Source: Eledone cirrhosa (Eukaryota). Taken from it: a DNA stretch of 64,000 bases. The number at the start of each line of letters is the position of its first letter. The first letter of the stretch is position 1. The position numbers and the translations under genes are program-made. The stretch covers positions 29,946,001 to 30,010,000 of the forward strand of contig OZ024752.1 of the NCBI GenBank assembly GCA_964016885.1, written 5' to 3'. The notes beneath the pieces are model-generated. The model was given only the letters and a program-made list of their open reading frames with translations, ran no database searches and was not told where the DNA came from. Below, piece after piece: positions 57,001-64,000 of this stretch.

Positions 57001-59697
57001 TAATATTGTAGATGTGGCATGTGTGGTCACTGTAATAGATTGGCAGAGATGGTAATGTTGTAGATGTGGGATGTGTGGTCACTGTAATAGATTGGCAGAG
57101 ATGGTAATGTTGTAGATGTGGGATGTGTGGTCACTTTAATAGGTTGCCAGAGATGGTAATATTGTAGATGTGGGATGTGTGGTCACTGTAATAGGTTGCC
57201 AGAGATGGTAATATTGTAGATGTGGGATGTGTGGTCACCGTAATAGATTGCCAGAGATGGTAATATTGTAGATGTGGGATGTGTGGTCACTGTAATAGAT
57301 TGGCAGAGATGGTAATATTGTAGATGTGGGATGTGTGGTCACTGTAATAGATTGGCAGAGATGGTAATATTGCAGATGAGGGATGTGTGGTCACTGTAAT
57401 AGATTGCCAGAGATGGTAATGTTGTAGATGTGGGATGAGTGGTCACTGTAATAGATTGCCAGAGATGGTAATATTGTAGATGTGGGATGTGTGGTCACTG
57501 TAATAGATTGGCAGAGATGGTAATATTGTAGATGTGGGATGTGTGGTCACTGTAATAGATTGGCAGAGATGAAAATGTTGTAGATGTAGGATGTGAGCTC
57601 ACTGTAATAGGTTGCCAGAGATGGTATTATTGTAGATGTGGGATGTGAGGTCACTGTAATAGATTGGCAGAGATGGTAATATTGTAGATGTGGGATGTGT
57701 GGTCACTGTAATAGATTGCCAGAGATGGTAATGTTGTAGATGTGGGATGTGAGGTCACTGTAATAGGTTGCCAGAGATGGTAATATTGTAGATGTGGGAT
57801 GTGAGGTCACTGTAATAGATTGGCAGAGATGGTAATATTGTAGATGTGGGATGTGTGATCACTGTAATAGATTGGCAGAGATGGTAATGTTGTAGATGTA
57901 GGATGTGTGGTCACTGTAATAGATTGCCAGAGATGGTAATATTGTAGATGTGGGATGTGTGGTCACTGTAATAGATTGCCAGAGATGGTAATATTGTAGA
58001 TGTGGGATGTGTGGTCACTGTAATAGATTGCCAGAGATGGTAATGTTGTAGATGTGGGATGTTTAGCCACTGTAATAGATTGGCAGAGATGGTATTATTG
58101 TAGATGTGGGATGTGTGGTCACTGTAATAGATTGGCAGAGATGGTAATGTTGTAGATGTGGTATGTTTGGTCACTGTAATAGATTGGCAGAGATGGTAAT
58201 GTTGTAGATGTGGGATGTGTGGTCACTGTAATAGATTGCTAGAGATGGTAATATTGTAGATGTGGGATGTGTGGCCACTGTAATAGATTGCCAGAGATGG
58301 TAATATTGTAGATGTGGGATGTATGGTCACTGTAATAGATTGCTAGAGATGGTAATATTGTAGATGTGGGATGCGTGGCCACTGTAATAGATTGCCAGAG
58401 ATGGTAATATTGTAGATGTGGGATGTGAGGTCACTGTAATAGATTGGCAGAGATGGTAATATTGTAGATGTGGGATGTGTGATCACTGTAATAGATTGGC
58501 AGAGATGGTAATGTTGTAGATATAGGATGTGTGGTCACTGTAATAGATTGCCAGAGATGGTAATATTGTAGATGTGGGATGTGTGGTCACTGTAATAGAT
58601 TGCCAGAGATGGTAATATTGTAGATGTGGGATGTGTGGTCACTGTAATAGATTGCCAGAGATGGTAATGTTGTAGATGTGGGATGTTTAGCCACTGTAAT
58701 AGATTGGCAGAGATGGTATTATTGTAGATGTGGGATGTGTGGTCACTGTAATAGATTGGCAGAGATGGTAATGTTGTAGATGTGGTATGTTTGGTCACTG
58801 TAATAGATTGGCAGAGATGGTAATGTTGTAGATGTGGGATGTGTGGTCACTGTAATAGATTGCTAGAGATGCTAATATTGTAGATGTGGGATGTGTGGCC
58901 ACTGTAATAGATTGCCAGATATGGTAATATTGTAGATGTGGGATGTATGGTCACTGTAATAGATTGCTAGAGATGGTAATATTGTAGATGTGGGATGCGT
59001 GGCCACTGTAATAGATTGCCAGAGATGGTAATATTGTAGATGTGGGATGTGTGGCCACTGTAATAGATTGCCAGAGATGGTAATGTTGTAGATGTGGGAT
59101 GTTTGGTCACTGTAATATATTGCCAGAGATGGTAATATTGTAGATGTGGGATGTGTGGCCACTGTAATAGATTGCCAGAGATGGTAATATTGTAGATGTG
59201 AGATGTGTGGTCACTGTAATAGATTGCCAGAGATGGTAATATTGTAGATGTGGGATGTGTGGTCACTGTTATAGATTGGCAGAGATGGTAATGTTGTAGA
59301 TGTGGGATGTTTGGTCACTGTAATAGATTGCCAGAGATGGTAATGTTGTAGATGTGGGATGTGTGGTCACTGTAATAGGTTGCCAGACATGGTAATGTTG
59401 TAGATGTGGGATGTGTGGTCACTGTAATAGATTGCTAGAGAGGGTAATGTTGTAGATGTGGGATGTGTGGTCACTGTAATAGGTTGCTAGCGATGGTAAT
59501 ATTGTAGATGTGGGATGTGTGGTCACTGTAATAGGTTGCCAGACATGGTAATGTTGTAGATGTGGGATGTGTGGTCACTGTAATAGGTTGCTAGAGATGG
59601 TAATATTGTAGATGTGGGATGTGTGGTCACTGTAATAGGTTGCCAGACATGGTAATGTTGTAGATGTGGGATGTGTGGTCACTGTAATAGATTGCCA
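1..59697. repeat. 52-bp tandem satellite array, 1148 monomers plus a partial unit; runs off the left edge of the window
   Basis: Head-to-tail copies of GATGTGGGATGTGTGGTCACTGTAATAGATTGSCAGAGATGGTAATRTTGTA. A monomer starts at base 1 and the last starts at 59663; 59662 bp plus 34 bp of observed deletions equals 1148 x 52. Ends at ...ATAGATTGCCA (59697). Confidence 0.99.
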
Positions 59698-59934
59698 AAA
59701 TGTTGACAGTTCTAACAACTTAAAAATAGTTTATAATAATCTTTCACAGTCGAAATGGAAATATAATTGTCAAGAATGAGTACATACATCAATGCATATT
59801 ATCACTTCTATAACCTCAGTAACTCAATATAAGATACTTTAGATTATGAAGTCATATGAATATTCAGCTCCTACTTGCTTGCTTACACAGTCTATCTCGT
59901 ATATTCTAGAATAATCACATAAGAGACAGAATAC

Positions 59935-59954
59935 ATCTCTCTCTATATATATAT
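59935..59954. repeat. compound (TC)n(TA)n microsatellite
   Basis: TCTCTCTCTATATATATATA read directly. Confidence 0.85.
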
Positions 59955-60467
59955 TTGTAAGAATTGGTAACTTTATAAATATATAATAGTTTGGATATTT
60001 ATCTAACTTTTAGGTGAAAGGATCATTTGGTTAAATTCAAATAGGTTTCTAAATTCAACATAAAGAACATTATTTAAATATGTAGATGATGGAATATTAA
60101 TATGTGTCAAACTTAAGTAAGTGAACTTCTAGGAGTGACAAATAATTCATTTTCTCTTGAGGTCAACAGCATTGACTTCTCTCATGTAGACAATGATAGA
60201 AATAAATTTACATATATAGCAAAAATGTTCTTCACTCCATCGAAAATGTTATATTGCTTGTTTTAATGATAAGCTAAGTAAAAATCTGCCGCATATTAAA
60301 ATTATGCTTTTCATAAAAGTCAATCATTGAATTAAATTTTACCAAGTAAAAATAAGTATTAAAAAATTGACTAAAATAGGACCATATTACTATAATAGTA
60401 CAATCTAAAATTTCACTCACATTAAAATCAAACAATTTTTATGGATTTTAAAGACCAATGAAAAACT

Positions 60468-60485
60468 ATATATATATATATATAT
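60468..60485. repeat. (TA)9 microsatellite abutting an RTE fragment
   Basis: Direct reading. Confidence 0.9.
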
Positions 60486-60633
60486 GCCAGGAAATGCCAG
60501 TTGAAGGAAGACGTGGTAGAAGTAGACCACGAAAAACATGGATGGAGGTGGTGAGAGCAGTGATAAGTGGAGAGATGCTGTGCTGAATAGGACCCGCAGG
60601 AAAAAGTGGACGTAAAATGATGATGATGATGAT
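60485..60633 (+). mobile_element. short, internally deleted 3' remnant of an RTE-clade non-LTR retrotransposon
   Basis: Translation from 60485 gives CQEMPVEGRRGRSRPRKTWMEVVRA, then after a frameshift SDKWRDAVLNRTRRKKWT*. This matches the RTE ORF C-terminal G-R-GRPRKTW...W(R) motif and parallels the copy at 61282-61554. It ends in GGACGTAAA plus an (ATG)5 tail (60617-60633) and has (TA)n on both sides. Confidence 0.8.
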
Positions 60634-60677
60634 ATATATAGGAAAATGTTCAAGACCCCGACGACAGAGCTCAAGCT

Positions 60678-60728
60678 GTTTCGATGGCTATTTCTGGACG
60701 CTTTCAGTCCAGAAATAGCCATCGAAAC
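60678..60728. other. perfect 22-bp inverted repeat with 7-nt loop, inside a 150-bp GC-richer island bounded by (TA)n
   Basis: GTTTCGATGGCTATTTCTGGAC (60678-60699), GCTTTCA, GTCCAGAAATAGCCATCGAAAC (60707-60728): exact reverse complements. Confidence 0.95.
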
Positions 60729-60790
60729 CCTAAGTATTTAGTACTCTGGTGCATTATGGTCCATCTCGTTCCTTACCACACTTCCTTCAT

Positions 60791-60809
60791 TATATATATA
60801 TATATATAT
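60791..60809. repeat. (TA)n microsatellite
   Basis: Direct reading. Confidence 0.9.
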
Positions 60810-61211
60810 GTGAAACAAACCACAAACCCTCCATCTCAATTCTACTTTTGAAAAACATAAGAACTGTGAAACCAGAAAGGAAATATATAAATATTCTTAA
60901 AACGATTTCTTAGATTTCTTTTCCTTATACATATATATGTATCATCATCATCATCATCATCATCGTTTAATGTCAATCTTCCACGCTAGCATGGGTTTGG
61001 ATGGGAATTTTCCCACATGAAGCAAGATTGGTTGTCTTGCTCGTATAGGACTGTCTGGCGGGTTTTCTACGGCTGGATGCCCTTCCTAACACCAACCACG
61101 TTTACAGTGTGGACTGGGAGGTTTTTACCGTGTTACCTACACGACCTCAATTATTTAGGACTGGATATTGTGGTACTAACATAACTTTACATCGAAAGGG
61201 GTGGTGTGGAT

Positions 61212-61235
61212 GGGGTGGGGGTAGTGGGACGGGGG
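61212..61235 (+). other. potential G-quadruplex motif
   Basis: GGGG-T-GGGGG-TAGT-GGG-AC-GGGGG: four G tracts with 1-4 nt loops, plus a spare G4 tract at 61198-61201. Confidence 0.6.
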
Positions 61236-61281
61236 TGTATTTTTGTTAAGAGGTGCCTACTGACTAGGTTTCGCTTTGTAC

Positions 61282-61554
61282 TTAGGCAAGGAGGGTCTTC
61301 TGTATTACTGCGTAGCGCCAAAGATCTTGATCCAGTGACATTGTCTTGGAGAGGTGTAAGTGTGTGAGGTCGGAATTTATCAAGTCGTCCCAGGTTTTTC
61401 TGGGTCTGCCTACTCCGTGACTACCGTCTATTTTGATCGCCCTGCACTTTTTTATACAGCTGTCGTCTTTCATGCGCATCACGTGACCATACCAACGTAG
61501 TCTTCTCTCGAGTAAACAGCATTTGATCCCTCTTATTCCTAATTTCTCACTTAG
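61282..61554 (-). pseudogene. C-terminal fragment of RTE reverse-transcriptase ORF (post-RT region)
   Basis: The frame extends upstream of the called ORF: LSEKLGIRGIKCCLLERRLRWYGHVMRMKDDSCIKKCRAIKIDGSHGVGRPRKTWDDLINSDL...DQDLWRYAVIQKTLLA*. RRLRWxGHVxRM and GRPRKTW are hallmark RTE C-terminal motifs. It is truncated at a (TA)n run with an in-frame stop just upstream. Confidence 0.88.
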
Positions 61555-61629
61555 TATATATATAAACTAGCCTGTTTGAAATTCCCTTTCGGCATATTCT
61601 ACAGTGGAAATAGGGTTATCGGATTTTGA

Positions 61630-61709
61630 GCTCTGCTGACGATCGACTCCAACCGTGACCATCCCCACTGAAAGTTTCGTGAAATAGTCTTTTTAAGACT
61701 ATACAGAGC
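61630..61709 (+). ncRNA. type I hammerhead ribozyme (full stem III, large stem II loop)
   Basis: Stem I GCTCTG (61630-35)/CAGAGC (61704-09); core CTGACGA (61636-42); stem II T-CGA-CT...AG-TT-TCG-T (61643-80); GAAA (61681-84); stem III TAGTCTT-TTT-AAGACTA (61685-61701); then T (61702) and A (61703), giving an AUA cleavage triplet. Confidence 0.8.
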
Positions 61710-61958
61710 ATTTGTAGATTTTCCAAATTGTAGGATGAGTATTTAGACTTTATTTTATTCTGAATTAAGGCTCTATTGGTTTTTCCCTGGATTTCACAAA
61801 ATTCTGTGGATAAGTCAATGTCTTGATTTTTTTTTAATTGAGTTTGAATTATTTTCCCACATCTTACGTTAACTATTTTTCCATTTTGACGTTATAGTCA
61901 CTTATATATTATGAAATACTGTTGGCTTCACTCTCACAATAATTTCTATACTTTCATT

Positions 61959-61990
<32 letters not shown>

Positions 61991-61995
61991 TATAT
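61959..61995. repeat. imperfect (TA)n microsatellite
   Basis: Direct reading. Confidence 0.85.
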
Positions 61996-62010
61996 AGAAG
62001 TAGTAACAGT

Positions 62011-62051
62011 CCGAGCTGAAGATCCGCATAAGGTGAAACAATTGTTCTCGG
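62011..62051 (+). ncRNA. minimal type I hammerhead ribozyme with palindromic stem III (Penelope-like, dimer type)
   Basis: Stem I CCGAG (62011-15)/CTCGG (62047-51); core CTGAAGA (62016-22); short stem II T-CC-GCATAA-GG-T (62023-34); GAAA (62035-38); self-complementary CAATTG (62039-44); then T,T giving a GUU triplet. Distal stem I pairing TAGAAGTAGTAAC (61995-62007)/GTTAGTACTTCTA (62072-84), 12 of 13. Confidence 0.78.
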
Positions 62052-62233
62052 TATGGTGAATTAACTGTTGTGTTAGTACTTCTACCAAACTCGTCCCATG
62101 GACTGGGTGGTCTACTACTACAGATATTGCCTTCTAGTGTTCTTACTTTATATATTTATATATATATTTATTATATGTACAGATTAAAGTTTAAGCAAAG
62201 AATCACTGCTTTCACCCTTTTATAGGATCTTCA

Positions 62234-62245
62234 TATATATATATA

Positions 62246-62280
<35 letters not shown>
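62234..62280. repeat. (TA)n microsatellite, with further TA runs at about 62148-62177 and 62330-62358
   Basis: Direct reading. Confidence 0.9.
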
Positions 62281-62281
<1 letters not shown>

Positions 62282-62544
62282 ATTCTTATAGAGCCCTCTT
62301 CAAATTTTAGTCTTCACATTTATTATTACTATATATATATATATATATGTATACATATAATTTCTGAAGAAGTAATATCATTCTCAGATTCAATTCTGAG
62401 GTACATAGTTATGAGGTTAAAGGGATGGATCATAAACTAATGGATGGGTTATTGTCTAAGTTTGAATATCACTACTGTTATTGGGATTTGCCTCTGAGCA
62501 AAACAAACTAACTCTACATGCTCCGTTTTGCTTGACTGGATGAA

Positions 62545-62637
62545 TGGTTAGCAGTAGAAAGAGAATCTAGCTATAAAAACAAATGCTTCAAGAAATATCC
62601 TTTCCTTTGTGCTAGTATGGAATAATGGATCTAAAAT
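62545..62637 (+). mobile_element. old, degenerate 3' tail of an RTE element or RTE-partnered SINE
   Basis: TGGTTAGCAGTAGAAAGAGAATCTAGCTATAAAAAC aligns by eye (about two-thirds identity, mostly transitions) to the reverse complement of 61062-61097. TGCTAGTATGGAATAATGGATCTAAAAT resembles the termini of both RTE remnants. Confidence 0.5.
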
Positions 62638-63022
62638 AGTACAAAACAAAAAACAAATCTAAAGAAAGGTGAATTTTATAAAGTTGAAGGAACCGACATT
62701 ACATTAAATACTGTCTTAGTTTAAAAAAACAAAACAAAAAATATTTTTATCTCTAAAAAGAAAAAGTTAAAAAGGTGAAGAATATGCTTAACATTGTGTG
62801 GTGTATAGAAATGAAAAAAATGTTGAAATATAAACCTGGATAAAAAGAAACAAATGTATGATAGAATTTTCTTCTGACAATACATGGACAAGTAAAAATG
62901 TTTTGAGTACAAAATGGGTCTAAAATCAATTGGAAAACTTCTATACAGCAGCAGGAGAATTCCATGGATCAAGATAAAGTTAAATACTTAATAATGGCTT
63001 GATTCTTTACTTTGTTTTTTTT

Positions 63023-63181
63023 TTAAACTATATTTTTCTTTAAAGGAAGGAACATATCCATTGACTGAGTTAGATTAAGAGCATTTTTATTGATCAACAC
63101 TTTTTTTATGTTGCTATATGATACACAAGTAGGAAGAGCAGATAGGAATGTTAAAAGGGAAGACTTATAATCTGGATCTGA
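63023..63181 (-). CDS. putative last coding exon (52 aa) of an unidentified host gene
   Basis: Minus-strand acceptor ...TACTTTATTTTTCACAG| (AG at 63183-63182), then a phase-0 open frame SDPDYKSSLLTFLSALPTCVSYSNIKKVLINKNALNLTQSMDMFLPLKKNIV* and U-rich UTR-like sequence. The protein is not recognised. Confidence 0.4.
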   Translation of the reverse strand, partial: SDPDYKSSLLTFLSALPTCVSYSNIKKVLINKNALNLTQSMDMFLPLKKNIV

Positions 63182-63477
63182 CTGTGAAAAATAAAGTATT
63201 ACATTTTTCTTACAAAGTCTGCAAAATATAATATTTCTTAACATGGTCACAAGATATATTATAAATATTTTCTAAATTAAATAAGATGTTTTAAACTATT
63301 TTGTTAAATACTTACTTTGTCTAGAGGATTCACATCAACTTTATTTTCTATAAGTACTTTTACTACATCTTCACAGCTTTTGTTACATGCATGATGTAGT
63401 GCAGTCATGTTATGGCCATCGATACAATTGATATTAGCACCAGCCTGAAAAATGGAAGTATGATTCAGTAAATAATT

Positions 63478-63663
63478 GTTTCTACTTTTGGCACAAGGCC
63501 AGCAATTATCCCAGTGTATTACTGGTACTTTATTTTATCAACCCCGTAAGGATGAAAGGCAAAGTTAACCTTGGTGGGATTTGAACTCAGACCATATAGG
63601 GACGTAACTCTTTGCTGCAAAGCATGGCATCCGACCCTCTACCGATACTGCCAATCCACCGCC
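63478..63663 (-). mobile_element. tRNA-derived SINE with target-site duplication
   Basis: Minus strand begins GGCGGTGGAT, with Pol III A box TGGCAGTATCGG (63653-63642), B box GAGTTCAAATCC (63588-63577) and body GCCTTTCATCCTTACGGGGTTGATAAAATAAAGTACCAG. Flanked by direct repeats ATGATTCAGTAAATAATT (63460-77) and ATGATTCAGCAAATAATT (63664-81). Confidence 0.88.
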
Positions 63664-63854
63664 ATGATTCAGCAAATAATTATTATAAAACAGAACTATT
63701 ATAAACATTTTCATTGATACATTAAAACAAAATAAAAACAAAAAAAAAAACCCAAAACAAAACAACCTAAAGTATATTTTCCCAAATGAAAGAAATTTAA
63801 AGTCTTTAAAAGAATTAAAACTAGAGCAATTGAATCAAATTATAATTTCCAGTG

Positions 63855-63883
<29 letters not shown>
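63855..63883. repeat. A29 homopolymer
   Basis: Direct reading. Confidence 0.95.
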
Positions 63884-63885
<2 letters not shown>

Positions 63886-64000
63886 AAATTGATTGAAATT
63901 ACTAATAAAAGAGAAGAAAAGAGAATAAAACAAAGATATCAGGTTATGGCAAGTAAAGCTTACTTGCTAAAGCAATGATCAGAAATGTGACACTCAAAAT

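Larger units (their letters stand above)
60941..61554 (-). mobile_element. 5'-truncated RTE-clade LINE (end of ORF, 3' UTR, (ATG)n tail)
   Basis: Minus-strand ORF end (next feature), about 320 nt of 3' UTR containing GGTTGGTGTTAGGAAGGGCATCCAGCCGTAGAAAACC, and terminus ...GCTAGCGTGGAAGATTGACATTAAAC followed by (GAT)8, seen as (ATC)8 at 60941-60964 on +. Short tandem-repeat tails are typical of RTE elements. Confidence 0.88.

Noticed and set aside
1265-59266. Dozens of 68-136 aa His/Thr/Ile-rich minus-strand ORFs
   Set aside because: They are repeat artefacts. Because 52 mod 3 = 1 the frame cycles every 3 monomers, and an ORF appears only where a SNP (e.g. GTCAC>GCCAC) or the 9-bp deletion removes the recurring TGA. 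Starts are mostly GTG inside the repeat.
1-59697. CRISPR array or other repeat-spacer system
   Set aside because: There are no unique spacers; the whole monomer is repeated with only SNP variation. No cas genes, and the context is eukaryotic.
1-59697. Telomeric repeat, G-quadruplex array, or ribozyme/tRNA-bearing satellite
   Set aside because: No TTAGGG-type unit, only one GGG per 52 bp, no CTGANGA/GAAA core on either strand and no Pol III boxes in the monomer.
60417-60722. 101-aa minus-strand ORF
   Set aside because: It is an antisense read through the RTE remnant, (ATG)n and (TA)n repeats, giving low-complexity SSSSS and IYIYIY.
62364-62400. CTGAAGA followed by a small hairpin CTCAGA/TCTGAG, a possible fourth hammerhead
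   Set aside because: No correctly placed GAAA, stem III or stem I partner downstream.
62721-62972. Two overlapping Phe-rich ORFs
   Set aside because: Composition reflects T-rich non-coding (UTR-like) DNA; no recognisable motif.
63565-63765. 66-aa ORF, or a tRNA gene at the A/B boxes
   Set aside because: The ORF runs from a T-rich tract into the SINE head. The box region lacks a cloverleaf and continues into a SINE body bounded by a TSD.
63810-63883. A29 as the poly(A) tail of a processed retrocopy (ATTAAA about 35 nt upstream)
   Set aside because: No upstream coding remnant or target-site duplication found, and the surroundings are generally A-rich.

Overview
This is eukaryotic genomic DNA. 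The repeat repertoire (RTE-clade LINE ends with (ATG)n tails, a tRNA-derived SINE, TA microsatellites) looks molluscan, probably octopus, but that is inference. Bases 1-59697 are one uninterrupted, single-orientation tandem array of a 52-bp G/T-rich monomer (consensus GATGTGGGATGTGTGGTCACTGTAATAGATTG[G/C]CAGAGATGGTAAT[A/G]TTGTA), 1148 units plus a partial one. It has nested higher-order duplications from 2 to about 120 monomers and very few indels. All ORFs called in the array are artefacts of the repeat. The last 4.3 kb is AT-rich flank with two RTE LINE 3' remnants in opposite orientations, a SINE with a target-site duplication and a possible terminal coding exon on the minus strand. The most notable feature is a cluster of hammerhead-ribozyme motifs: two complete type I hammerheads on the + strand (61630-61709, 62011-62051) and a third, disrupted hammerhead-like element built round a perfect 22-bp hairpin (60665-60748).
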